Notes: generated by a model not told the origin, from the sequence alone. A stretch of DNA of 64,000 nt from Blastocatellia bacterium (GCA_963765495.1 CAVXWP010000006.1:128001-192000), one strand, 5' to 3'; counted from the stretch's first letter, positions 30,217 through 42,616 are shown. Numbers and translations are program-made.

Positions 30217-30594
30217 ATGACGGCGATCATTTCCAGAGATGAACTGAAAGAGAAGATAGACCGACGAGACAATTTTATTCTCGTCGAGACGCTTCCCGCG
30301 CAAACATACTTTCACGCGCACTTGCCCGGAGCGATAAATCTGCCTCCCGACAGGGTAAAGGAACTGGCTACGCAGGTTTTGCCCGACAAAGACGCCGAGA
30401 TCATAGTCTATTGCGCGAGTCCTAGCTGACACGCTTCGGAAAACGCCGCCCGTGAACTGGCGGATATGGGCTACCGAAACGTAAAGGATTATGCAGGAGG
30501 CAAGCAGGATTGGATAGATGCGGGGCTGCCGCTCGAAAGCCATCATCAACACGCTCACCACGCGAAGAGCAAAGAACAGAGAGCAAAGGGCTAA
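30217..30594 (+). CDS. Rhodanese-domain protein with in-frame UGA (probable selenoprotein, 125 aa)
   Basis: HLPGAINLP...IIVYCASPS-UGA(30427-30429)-HASENAARELADMGYRNVKDYAGGKQDWIDAGLP completes the rhodanese fold in the same frame; stop TAA at 30592-30594. Confidence 0.82.
30446..30463 (+). promoter_or_regulatory. Candidate bacterial SECIS hairpin
   Basis: CCGCC-CGTGAACT-GGCGG; loop begins 22 nt after UGA with G at loop position 2. Confidence 0.5.
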
Positions 30595-30670
30595 GAGCAG
30601 AAAGTTGTGTGTTCTTGGCCCTTACCATCTTGCCCTTAGCCCTTGTGCTTTGCCCTGAAAAGGAGACCTT

Positions 30671-31570
30671 ATGGCCTTCACGGAAGAGAATACCGTTGTC
30701 GTTAAAGACAAGATAGAGGAAGTAGAGCCTGAGACTACCCCCAAGCCCGCAAGCGAAGGCCCTGCTGTCGGCACGCGATTTACGGCCGATGAGATTTACG
30801 AGAACGTGCGTGTGGCCGCCGAAGAAGAGTTGCGGCGTCCGGCGGCGGCGCTATTCTGGTCAGCCATCGCGGCGGGTTTGATAATCGGTTTTAGCTTTTT
30901 TGCCGGAGCATATCTGGCCATGCTCGTGCCAGAGCATCTGGCGCACGCGGCGGCGGCCGCAGGTTATCCGCTCGGATTTATATTTGTGGTGCTGGCTCGC
31001 AATCAGCTTTTTACCGAAAACACACTTGAGCCGATAATACCTCTGCTCAATAAGCCCACGTGGAAAACCGTGCGGCAGTTGCTCTCATTGTGGGCAGTCG
31101 TGCTGGTAGGAAATCTGATCGGCGCTCTTATATTCGCCTGGGTTGCGGCGCGCACGCCGATGGTTGGTCCCGACCTCCGGCGCGCTCTTGAGCATCTGGC
31201 CGAGAGCGCAACATCGGGAGGCTTTATGGATACGGCTTATCGGTCCATCTTTGCGGGATGGTTGATAGCCCTTATGGCGTGGCTTGTTGCGTCTACGCGA
31301 TCGACAGGCGCGCAGGTTCTCCTGATATGGCTCACGACCGCCTCCATTTCCGCCTTCGGATTCCGGCATTCGATAGCCGGTTCGGTGGAAGCGTTTTTCA
31401 GAACGATAACCGGAACCGCCGCGTGGGGCGATATGATATTCGGGTTTCTGATACCGGCTGTGATCGGCAACATAATCGGCGGCGTGATCCTGGTCGCCCT
31501 GCTCAATCACGGACAGGTCCACGCCGGGCGCGCGGCAAAAGTTCTTGCGGGAACCTACGAGGACAATTGA
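30671..31570 (+). CDS. Formate/nitrite transporter (FNT, YfdC-like)
   Basis: GYPLGFIFVVL, QLFTENT, GNLIGA, HSIAGS and GNIIGG. Confidence 0.88.
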   Translation: MAFTEENTVVVKDKIEEVEPETTPKPASEGPAVGTRFTADEIYENVRVAAEEELRRPAAALFWSAIAAGLIIGFSFFAGAYLAMLVPEHLAHAAAAAGYPLGFIFVVLARNQLFTENTLEPIIPLLNKPTWKTVRQLLSLWAVVLVGNLIGALIFAWVAARTPMVGPDLRRALEHLAESATSGGFMDTAYRSIFAGWLIALMAWLVASTRSTGAQVLLIWLTTASISAFGFRHSIAGSVEAFFRTITGTAAWGDMIFGFLIPAVIGNIIGGVILVALLNHGQVHAGRAAKVLAGTYEDN

Positions 31571-31621
31571 TTCTGATGCGTGATACGCATCGCGTATCAC
31601 GCATCACTCTTCACGCATAAT

Positions 31622-32314
31622 CTATTTTTGACCCGAAGGGATACGGCTCGCGTGCGCGGCTACGATTTGCCAGCGCCCGTCTCGCTTGAGCCATACGTAA
31701 GTCAGACGGTATTCTCCGCTTGCATCCTGCCCGCGAAATGTCGCCTTGCCCGTTTCGCGCAGAGTCGTGATAGCCGTATCTGCGAAGACGCGAGTCTTTA
31801 CATCACTGTATTGGAATTTTTCTGCCTTAAAATCCGGGAGGGCGGCCAGCAATTCGGGTTTCGTGAAGACAAGCCCGTCGGCGCTGGTCTCGGAAAAATC
31901 ATCTGCCAGGATGCGGTCAATGATCTTCCCGTCTTGTTGTCTTGTGGCCGTGGCCAGTTCGTCAAGCGTCGCGGCCAGTTCTTTTTCGACCGCGCCTGTG
32001 CCTGATTCAACTTCGCCTGACGACGTTGAAGGGGTCGATCCTTCCTTCTCTTCGGCCTTGTCAGATTTGTACTCGGCCAGCCATTCGACATCAATCACAT
32101 CGGCCTTGCGCCTCTGCTTTTCGTGGATCAGCCATTGCCCGCGCTCGTTCCACGGCGCTCCGCCCATAGGATCAACGTGGCAGAAAGAGCAATCCTTTGC
32201 CCCAAATTTTCGTGCCTTCACAAGAAATGCCGGATAGCCCAACCCCTCGGTTGCAAGCGCCGCAATCACCGTCGCCAGGAAAATTAGAGCGAAAAAAACT
32301 TTTACTTGCTTCAA
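31622..32314 (-). CDS. Secreted protein: N-terminal CxxCH module plus DUF4440/NTF2-like domain
   Basis: Signal peptide, YPAF...DCSFCH, Ser-rich linker and a C-terminal LADDF...TYVWLKRDGRWQIVAAHAS; TTG start. Confidence 0.7.
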   Translation of the reverse strand: MKQVKVFFALIFLATVIAALATEGLGYPAFLVKARKFGAKDCSFCHVDPMGGAPWNERGQWLIHEKQRRKADVIDVEWLAEYKSDKAEEKEGSTPSTSSGEVESGTGAVEKELAATLDELATATRQQDGKIIDRILADDFSETSADGLVFTKPELLAALPDFKAEKFQYSDVKTRVFADTAITTLRETGKATFRGQDASGEYRLTYVWLKRDGRWQIVAAHASRIPSGQK

Positions 32315-32413
32315 TTCTTTTCTCCTGTGATGTATAGAGGTTTAACAAAGGCAAGATACTATACACTTAACGCGAGCGGCAAGCGGGGCAGAAAGCAGGG
32401 CTGCCGGGGTGGG

Positions 32414-32782
32414 TTAGATGGTAAATTCGGTTTCGAGCGAGAGCTGTGTTTTGCGCAGTTCAAAGCGGGCGCGGCCCACATTGCCGTTTGGCGCCACGGC
32501 CAGCAGCAGGAAATAATCCGGCGTAATCGGGCGCAACAGAAACGTCATGCGGTCTGTGACCAGAATCATTTCGCGGAGGTCGCCCAGTTCCGTATCCGAA
32601 GATATGTGCATGCTCCGGCGCAGGAGCGTGGTGAATTCCGTTGCGATTATATCTATATCGAGCATCGGGTCTGAGTCGAGTACGTATCGCTCAATCGGGA
32701 TGCCGTCTATGCCCAGTATTATTGCCGCTTCACATCCTTCAATCCGGTCGGCTATCTGTATCAGCGCATCGATGAAGCTCAA
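32414..32782 (-). CDS. Roadblock/LC7 (MglB-like) protein
   Basis: AAIILGIDGIPIE...GNVGRARFELRK; GGAGG SD plus TTG start; directly downstream of pilQ. Confidence 0.8.
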   Translation of the reverse strand: MSFIDALIQIADRIEGCEAAIILGIDGIPIERYVLDSDPMLDIDIIATEFTTLLRRSMHISSDTELGDLREMILVTDRMTFLLRPITPDYFLLLAVAPNGNVGRARFELRKTQLSLETEFTI

Positions 32783-32799
32783 GGGATTACCTCCAAAAA

Positions 32800-32907
32800 C
32801 AGTAGGCAGTATGCAGTCAGCAGTATGCAGTCAGCAAGAAACAGCAGGCGGTTGACAGGAAGCAGTTGAGAAAACTGCCTGCTGCCTACCGCCTGCTGCA
32901 TACTACT
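32800..32907. repeat. Inverted heptamer arrays (GCAGTAN)n...(CTGCCTN)n
   Basis: cagtaggcagtatgcagtcagcagtatgcagtcagc ... ctgcctgctgcctaccgcctgctgcatactact. Confidence 0.7.
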
Positions 32908-35825
32908 TATTGGCCGCCTTTTGCGACATTGACCTGGCCCTGAGTCTGGGCGGGCTGGTTCTTCTTCGGAGCCGGGACGGCAGCGGCTCTCTGCTGGCCG
33001 CCCGTCTTCGGTGCACCGCGCTCGACCGAAGAACGTTGCGTCGAGGGGACCACATATCCGTCGCTTCTGACTATGCGCGGGGTGATGAAAAAGAGTATCT
33101 CATCAAACTCGCGCCTTGTGGATCTGCGTTTGAACAACTCCCCGATCAGAGGAAGGCTTGACACGCCGGGCGTGCGGTTTTCCGTATGGCCTTCGGTATC
33201 GATGTTGATACCTCCCATCACGGTGGTTCCTCCGTCGGCCACCCGCACGATTGATTCGGCCGACTGCGTATTGATGCCCGGTGTTCCGTTGTTGAACGAG
33301 TTTGCCAGGTTGAAGTTCACGGTGTTGTTTTCAGCAACAACGTGCATCAGGACCTCGCCGGTCTCTTCGATTATCTGCGGGGTGATCTCAAGCCTGAGAG
33401 CCGCCGTCACAAACGTGGTTGTAACGGTATTATTCGAGACGGTCTGAACGGGTATCTGCACGCCGTTGACAATCTCTGCGGTCTGATTGTCCTGCGCGGT
33501 GATGCGCGGGCTTGCGACGGTTCGAATCTGGCCCTTGGTTTCAGATGCCGACAGCGCCATCGAGATTATGCCCGTGCCGATAACGCCTGTCGTGAGGCTG
33601 AGCACGCTGTTGGCCGTAGCGCGAAGCGCGTCAGAGGCCAGCGGCCCTATCAGATTTGGCCCAAGTCCTGTGCTTGATGTGCCACTGCCCGAACCGCTGC
33701 CCGAACCGCTGCCCGAACCGCTGCCCGAACCACTGCCCGAACTGCTGCCCGAACCGCCGCTCGACAGCCCGCCACCCGGATTGAATTGCTGGGGCGAGGT
33801 CTCGAATAAGCCTGCGCCGCCGCGATTGGTGTTGGCCGCAGCGCCTGCAATCTCCGAGCCGATGTCGCGCAGGAAGTTGCGGTTGGCGATGATTATGCGC
33901 GCTTCGATCTCTACCTGAGGCTCGGGTTGATCGAGCTTGTCGATGATCTCTTCAATCGCATCCAGGTACTCAGGCAGATCGGTTACGATCAGGCTGTTTG
34001 TGCGCGAATCCATCTCGATTCGCCCGCGCGGGCTCAATCGTTTTTCGGCTATCGAAAGCATAGTGCCCTGAGCACCGCCCGCGCCTGAACTGCTGCCTCC
34101 ACCTCCGCCCCGGCCAGAACCGCCGCTGCCGGTAGCGCCGAGCGATCCGACTGCGCGCGCGTATTTGAGGTGCAATATTCTGGTCTCAAGCGGAACCTTC
34201 TTCTCTTGCTCTTCTTTTATGGCGCGCTGCTGTTCCTGCTCTTCTTTGACCGCCGCCAGGGTGGCTATCCTGATGATCAATCCGTTGCTTTCGCAGACAG
34301 CGCCGAGTCTGTTTGCGCGCAAAACCGATTCCATGACCTGATTCCAGGGTATGTCGGTTACTCGTATGTCAACCGGAACCGCTCCGACAGACTTGTCTAC
34401 TATAAAGTTCACTCCGTACTGCTGAGAGATAAATCGCAGCATATCGCGTATGTCCACGCCTGCGCGCAGATCGAAACTGATCAGACCCCCGACATAATTC
34501 GAATCGCAAAACGCCAGTTCGGAGCGAGATGCTGAGGATTGAACCTGCGAGTCGGGTTGCTGACGCTGATTGGCCATGCTGGATTTCGCCGTCTGAGGCT
34601 TCTGAACATCGGGCGCTTTCGGTGTGTAGGAAGCGACGACGTTTTGCACTATGGTCTCTTTCGCCTGATCGGTTGCCGTGGAATTTTGCGAATGAGAGGT
34701 CGGCGGCTGGACCGACGGATGCGATGCAGGCTTCGCGGTATCTGCCTTTGCAGTATCTGCCTTTGCAGTATCTGCCTTTGCAGTATCTGCCTTTGCGGCT
34801 TTGGCCCTGTCATCGGAATCCTTATCGACGCGCTCGCCCGCCACCTTGACCTCCGGTTTCTCGGTGGTCGCAGTCACTTCGCGATTATGCGCGGTCTGGG
34901 ATGCCGACGGGTTAACACGCGGCGAGTCCTTTCCTACCGTGATGACGAGCGAAGCCCCCTGACGCTCAACCCTGTAGGGAACTCTTGATTTCAGGTCGAG
35001 CACGACGCGCACAACATTCGGGTTGGGCTGGCCCACACGCACGCGAGACACCATTGACGAGCTTACTGCCAGAGACTGGTTCCCCTGGGGATTGCTGACG
35101 CCCATGACATCGACGACCACACGCGAGGGATTATCGAGTGTGAAGTCTTTGTATTGCGCGTTGCCGTCGGTTTCGACCACAACTCGAAGTCCGCCCTCGG
35201 TCACCTCGGGTTTTATTGCTTCGACGAGGGTGGCGGGTCCGAGCGTGGACGGGCGCGGCTGCGCTCGCTCGGGCTGGTGGGCAGAACTCCTCGCGCTCAC
35301 CGGCACGGGATGAACATAGACGCCGGGCTGATTGGCTCCCTGTGATCGCGCTTCGGGGGCTTGTGTCTTGGAACTCGCCTCTGCCCTCTGCGTTTCGGGA
35401 TAAAGTTCTATGATGAGGTTGTTGCCGTCGAGCCTGGAACGGTCGCGAACATCGGCTCGCACCGGAACCTCTATTCTCGTGCTCACGCTACCGCTTTCGC
35501 CGCTCGCGCGGCTCTTGCGAACCATTACCGAACCGACGAGCGCGCTATTGATAGCGTACTCAGGCGCAAGCTTCGAGCCTTCGCTGCCCGGCAGATCAAC
35601 GATAAGCAGCCGATCTGACGGCCGGAGCACGGTGTAGAGAGGTGGCGCGTTGGATTCGATCACAATGCGCGTAAGCGCACCATCGGTCTCGTGCTTGAGC
35701 GACACTAAAGTGAACGCCTGGTTATTAGCCCTCGACCCACCTCTCGCACTCGGCCTTGCAAACACCAGAACATTGCTCATGAGCGCGAGCAGCGCCAATG
35801 ATGCGATAAGCCTCCTAGCAAACAT
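32907..35825 (-). CDS. pilQ: Type IV pilus secretin with two AMIN domains
   Basis: AMIN motifs (NPSRVVVD, RVVLDL), DIPWNQVM N0, LKYARA, QVEIEARI and EILFFITPRIV; last gene of pilMNOPQ. Confidence 0.92.
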   Translation of the reverse strand: MFARRLIASLALLALMSNVLVFARPSARGGSRANNQAFTLVSLKHETDGALTRIVIESNAPPLYTVLRPSDRLLIVDLPGSEGSKLAPEYAINSALVGSVMVRKSRASGESGSVSTRIEVPVRADVRDRSRLDGNNLIIELYPETQRAEASSKTQAPEARSQGANQPGVYVHPVPVSARSSAHQPERAQPRPSTLGPATLVEAIKPEVTEGGLRVVVETDGNAQYKDFTLDNPSRVVVDVMGVSNPQGNQSLAVSSSMVSRVRVGQPNPNVVRVVLDLKSRVPYRVERQGASLVITVGKDSPRVNPSASQTAHNREVTATTEKPEVKVAGERVDKDSDDRAKAAKADTAKADTAKADTAKADTAKPASHPSVQPPTSHSQNSTATDQAKETIVQNVVASYTPKAPDVQKPQTAKSSMANQRQQPDSQVQSSASRSELAFCDSNYVGGLISFDLRAGVDIRDMLRFISQQYGVNFIVDKSVGAVPVDIRVTDIPWNQVMESVLRANRLGAVCESNGLIIRIATLAAVKEEQEQQRAIKEEQEKKVPLETRILHLKYARAVGSLGATGSGGSGRGGGGGSSSGAGGAQGTMLSIAEKRLSPRGRIEMDSRTNSLIVTDLPEYLDAIEEIIDKLDQPEPQVEIEARIIIANRNFLRDIGSEIAGAAANTNRGGAGLFETSPQQFNPGGGLSSGGSGSSSGSGSGSGSGSGSGSGSGSGTSSTGLGPNLIGPLASDALRATANSVLSLTTGVIGTGIISMALSASETKGQIRTVASPRITAQDNQTAEIVNGVQIPVQTVSNNTVTTTFVTAALRLEITPQIIEETGEVLMHVVAENNTVNFNLANSFNNGTPGINTQSAESIVRVADGGTTVMGGINIDTEGHTENRTPGVSSLPLIGELFKRRSTRREFDEILFFITPRIVRSDGYVVPSTQRSSVERGAPKTGGQQRAAAVPAPKKNQPAQTQGQVNVAKGGQ

Positions 35826-35849
35826 AATATTAATCTCCCCTCTCTAATT

Positions 35850-35941
35850 GCGTGATCCGTAATCTGTGATTCGTGATTCGTGAAGCTTGCAATCAACCTG
35901 TGATAAGGGCGCGTGTTTTACACTCACGCATCACGAATCAT
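35850..35941. repeat. Inverted heptamer arrays within the pil operon
   Basis: gcgtgatccgtaatctgtgattcgtgattcgtga ... ctcacgcatcacgaatca. Confidence 0.75.
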
Positions 35942-35943
35942 AA

Positions 35944-36630
35944 TTATTTCGACGTGCCAGGTGCTTTACCTACCACGCGCTCCTGTGGGGACTGCTTGCC
36001 GTTATTTTCAACATAGGATATTTCCCGAAACAGGACTTTCGCTCCACCAGTATCGCCCTCTTCGGTCTCTATTCGCAACACTTCTCCGTTGTAGCAGGGC
36101 GTGCCTCGGCGCACAAAGAACATTGTGCCTGTAGGCTGGGCCTTCACAAAGGCCCCGGTCCCGTGTTCATCGCGGAATACGCCTGTGACTTCAAGCTCAC
36201 TGACCAGGTATTGCCCAACGGGGTTCGGTTCGGGCAGATCGCGCGAGCGTGCCACTTCAATCTTTTGCCGAAACTCTGTCCGGCGCTGGTCGAGCGAAGG
36301 AAACCCAACCTCGCGCGGCCCCTTCGGTTTGCCGTCCTTTGCGCGCGGCTTGACGGCTTTCTTGAAAGGATCGCGCCCGCTCGGCTTGTAAGGTTTGATC
36401 GTATCGGCGTTTGGGCCGACATCTTCCTTGCGCTGAACATTGGGCGGCTGCGACTGCGGTTGAGCAGATGTTGGCTGTTCGGTGGACTGGGCCGACGCGC
36501 TTGTGGCAGCGACGACGAGGATCGTCAGGATTGCGAGCGCCAGGGCAAAGAAGTTCATCCTGTATATCCTGTCAGTATCGGGTTGACGGTCAAGCGCGAT
36601 TGAAACGGTCTGGTTCGATCTCTTTTTCAT
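35944..36630 (-). CDS. pilP: Type IV pilus assembly PilP-like protein
   Basis: YKPSGRDPF motif and a C-terminal LEVTGVF...AFVK beta domain; lies between pilO and pilQ. Confidence 0.7.
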   Translation of the reverse strand: MKKRSNQTVSIALDRQPDTDRIYRMNFFALALAILTILVVAATSASAQSTEQPTSAQPQSQPPNVQRKEDVGPNADTIKPYKPSGRDPFKKAVKPRAKDGKPKGPREVGFPSLDQRRTEFRQKIEVARSRDLPEPNPVGQYLVSELEVTGVFRDEHGTGAFVKAQPTGTMFFVRRGTPCYNGEVLRIETEEGDTGGAKVLFREISYVENNGKQSPQERVVGKAPGTSK

Positions 36631-36666
36631 AGCTCCACTCCACTATTTAGTTCACTATTAGTCCCG

Positions 36667-37356
36667 CTATTTAGGCTGGCCGGTCGGCGGCGCTCCTCCG
36701 GGCTGGCCCGGCGGCGGCATAGGTTTCTTGGCGGTCAGCTTTTCCAGATTTTCCGGGGCAATAAAGTATGCTGTGACAACGAAGGCGGCATTTATCGAGC
36801 GGCCAAACTCCTGTGCGTTGTCTTCGGCCTGTTTGATGTCAACCTCGGTCACGCTGACGATGCGCGTATAAAACCCGAGCCGCGAGAAGAACTGCCCGAG
36901 ATTGTCGTAAGACCCCGTGATCTCAACCTGTATGGGCTGAGCGGTGTAGAAGTCTTGCGGCGACGATTTCATTTGAGCAAACCGCCTTACCTCTAACTTC
37001 TGCTCTCGCATGAAGTCTTTTATGTTGTCGTATACGCGCGATATTTCGACCTGATCGGGCAGCAAATCCTGAAGGCGATCAATCTCCTCGCGTTTCTCCT
37101 TGAGCGTCTGCTCGGTGGCGGCGAGGTTTTGCCTTATGATGTTGCCCTGAGCGTTCTTTGCCTTGAGCCCTTCGGCCTGTTCTCTGATCTTGACCGTATC
37201 CGAGCGCGTATCGCTGTAAAGCAAGGCATCGGCGGCAAAGATCAGCAATCCCACAAGGGCGAGCAGCAGGGCCATCTGCGTATACCACGGCATACGGCTG
37301 AAGAAACTCCCCTGCTCTTCGGCCCCTTTCGCAATACTGGTCATCGAAGCTGCCAT
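36667..37356 (-). CDS. pilO: Type IV pilus assembly protein PilO
   Basis: N-terminal TM, coiled coil, LLPDQVEI and PIQVEITGSYDNLGQFF. Confidence 0.9.
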   Translation of the reverse strand: MAASMTSIAKGAEEQGSFFSRMPWYTQMALLLALVGLLIFAADALLYSDTRSDTVKIREQAEGLKAKNAQGNIIRQNLAATEQTLKEKREEIDRLQDLLPDQVEISRVYDNIKDFMREQKLEVRRFAQMKSSPQDFYTAQPIQVEITGSYDNLGQFFSRLGFYTRIVSVTEVDIKQAEDNAQEFGRSINAAFVVTAYFIAPENLEKLTAKKPMPPPGQPGGAPPTGQPK

Positions 37357-37377
37357 AACTCGTCTCCTTCATCCGCC

Positions 37378-38049
37378 CTACGAGGCCGCGGGCTTTCCTT
37401 CCGGTTTCGTCTCGCCTTCGGCGCGAGGTTTGTTATAATCGCAGACGATTGTGAACTGAAACATTCGCATTCCTTCCTCAGCGGCGTCCTTCTTCTCTGC
37501 GGCTTTTTCAGGGACCTCTTCGGGTTTCAAGTCTCTGCCCTCTACTGAAAGCGAAAGGTTCGTAAACAGTCCGTTTGAAAACTCAAGCTGGCGCGCGAAA
37601 TCGGCGATAACCTGCTGGCTGAGCGATGTGCCGACGATCTGCAAACTCGTGCCCTTCTGAGCTATAGAGATGAGGCGAAAATCGGCCTGCCCGCCCGGCA
37701 TGCGTTCGTTGATCGCCGATAGCATTGCCACGGGGCCTTTCTGCTCGGCGCGCAGTTGTTTTATCACCTTTATGCGCTCTTCGACCTGTTTCAACTCGGC
37801 CTCCAGCTCATCCTTGCGCTTTATGTCGGCTTCGAGCTTTGCGGCCTCGACCTGCTCGCTGTCGAGTTCTTCCTGAGCCGCCGCGTGCGCGTTATTTGTC
37901 CAGAGGTGATCTACGCCTATGGCGATCAGGAATATCACCAGCGCGCTTGCCAGCATGAAGAGTTGCTGTCCGCGTCGGGCGACCACTTTGGTCTTCTGGA
38001 TTGATACGCGTTGTTCGGCGGTGCCTTCTAGTAAATTGACCCTGATCAT
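37378..38049 (-). CDS. pilN: Type IV pilus assembly protein PilN
   Basis: MIRVNLL PilM-binding motif, TM and coiled coil. Confidence 0.88.
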   Translation of the reverse strand: MIRVNLLEGTAEQRVSIQKTKVVARRGQQLFMLASALVIFLIAIGVDHLWTNNAHAAAQEELDSEQVEAAKLEADIKRKDELEAELKQVEERIKVIKQLRAEQKGPVAMLSAINERMPGGQADFRLISIAQKGTSLQIVGTSLSQQVIADFARQLEFSNGLFTNLSLSVEGRDLKPEEVPEKAAEKKDAAEEGMRMFQFTIVCDYNKPRAEGETKPEGKPAAS

Positions 38050-39110
38050 TTCATCTCCTCCGCCACTCGAACTGCCAGCCCCACGGCCACGGCCATGTTC
38101 GGTGAAAGCTCTCTCAAATACTCTTCATCAATCCTCTTCGCGTCGAATCGAATCGAGCGGAAGGCATCGAATCGCTCTACGGGTATCTGGAAGTGATCCG
38201 ACAGATAATCGGTCAGGTGCGAGACCTTCGACGAGCCGCCCGCAATCAGCATCTTGTCTATCGAAGGCGAATCAACGGCAGTCGAGCGGAAGAAATCGAG
38301 CGTGCGTTGAATCTCGAGCCCGAGCATCTCAGAGACGGAACTGATGGCAGGCTCGGCCTGGTCAAGCATCACATCGGCTTCAAAGGTCGCGCCTCGCTTG
38401 AGTGCCTCGGCCTGCTCAAAGGTCAGATCGAGTTCCTTTTGCAGGAGGTCGGTGTACTGGTTGCCGCCCGCCGATATGTCGCGGGTGAAGATCGAAGTGG
38501 CCCCGCGCACTACGTTGATCGTCATAACGGAAGCGCCTATGTCGAGAAGGGCGACCGTCTGAGAAGGCATCGGCATATAGTTGACTTCGTACGCATTTTG
38601 CAGCGCGAAAGCGTCAACGTCGACGATGACGGGTTGTTTGCCCGCCTGCGAGATTACCTGTGTGAACTGCGCTATCTTGTCTCGCTTGCAGGCAACCAGG
38701 AGCACATCCATGCTCTGGCCGGTCTGATCGTATCCGACAATTTCGTGATAGAGGTTCACATCGTTTATGTCGAAGGGGATATACTGCTCTGCTTCCCAGT
38801 GTATCTGTTCGTCGAGTTCTTCTTCGGCCATGGCCGGCAGAGTTATCTTCTTGACTATGACTGCGTGACCGGAAAGCGAGGTGGCTACGAGATTTGTCTT
38901 TAGCCCGTGCTCGTTCCAGATGCGATTAATGCTGTCGCTGACGTGATTTAGGTCTATGATATGGCCGTCAACTATAGTGTCTGATTGCAAATTCAGATGC
39001 GCGATATGTACAAGCTCGAACCCGCCGCGTCCCGGCCTGAGTTCTACGGCCTTGAGCGCGCTCGATCCTATATCAAGCCCGACGATGCTCTTGTTCTTTT
39101 TTGCAAACAT
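38046..39110 (-). CDS. pilM: Type IV pilus assembly protein PilM
   Basis: VGLDIGSSALKAVEL, EAEQYIPF, LDIGA and AGGSS actin-like fold. Confidence 0.94.
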   Translation of the reverse strand: MFAKKNKSIVGLDIGSSALKAVELRPGRGGFELVHIAHLNLQSDTIVDGHIIDLNHVSDSINRIWNEHGLKTNLVATSLSGHAVIVKKITLPAMAEEELDEQIHWEAEQYIPFDINDVNLYHEIVGYDQTGQSMDVLLVACKRDKIAQFTQVISQAGKQPVIVDVDAFALQNAYEVNYMPMPSQTVALLDIGASVMTINVVRGATSIFTRDISAGGNQYTDLLQKELDLTFEQAEALKRGATFEADVMLDQAEPAISSVSEMLGLEIQRTLDFFRSTAVDSPSIDKMLIAGGSSKVSHLTDYLSDHFQIPVERFDAFRSIRFDAKRIDEEYLRELSPNMAVAVGLAVRVAEEMK

Positions 39111-39396
39111 ATGCCCCCCGGGAAGGTCTACGGATTTGTGATCTCAGATAACCGATTCGAAATGTTGGGGGATGAGGGGATAAATCGAAAATCCAAAATC
39201 TAAAGTCCAAATTCTAAGCCGAACAATAGGGGCAGCGCTAACAAGGGGGACAAGCCGTGAAGGAGGGGCGATCTCAGATTTCGGATTCAAGCGATGACTT
39301 GAAGACTGCTGATGACAATGAGATCAGCCCAAAATCCGTTTTCGGTCTTCACTAGCAAGATCAAATATCAAAATGGCTCTTGTGCCACCGGAGCCA

Positions 39397-39425
39397 TTTC
39401 TACCATCCCCCCCCATGTGTGTCAA
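39397..39425 (-). promoter_or_regulatory. Putative sigma70 promoter of pilMNOPQ with G8 in the spacer
   Basis: TTGACA-cacatGGGGGGGGatgg(17)-TAGAAA with an extended TG. Confidence 0.55.
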
Positions 39426-39504
39426 CACTATTTTTTTGAAAGATGTTTCCACTTTGCCATCGCCCGGTTTAACGTGGGCCGGGATTGTCTGTCGGCCTGC
39501 CGGA

Positions 39505-39533
39505 TTGACTCGCGGTGAGGCATAACATAAAAT
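39505..39533 (+). promoter_or_regulatory. Putative sigma70 promoter of secA
   Basis: TTGACT-17 bp-TAAAAT. Confidence 0.65.
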
Positions 39534-39748
39534 TCTTATTTGGTATCGTCATTTGATTTGAAGGCTGATAGTGAGCGAGCCTCTATCGTAAATCGTATGA
39601 CCTATTGTGAGCCTGTTGTCAGAGGCGCTTGCTTTCGAATATGCGCGCCCCCTGTCAGCAGGCTGAATGATTTATGATCCGAGCCACGGCTTTTCTGTCG
39701 CAGCGCCGCTGAAGGGTTGCGACACGAGGCCTGAATTTAGAGAAGAAT

Positions 39749-42616
<2,868 letters not shown>

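Noticed and set aside
30510-30716. 68-aa ORF after the rhodanese fragment
   Set aside because: Overlaps the UGA read-through frame and a heptamer repeat; no coding signature
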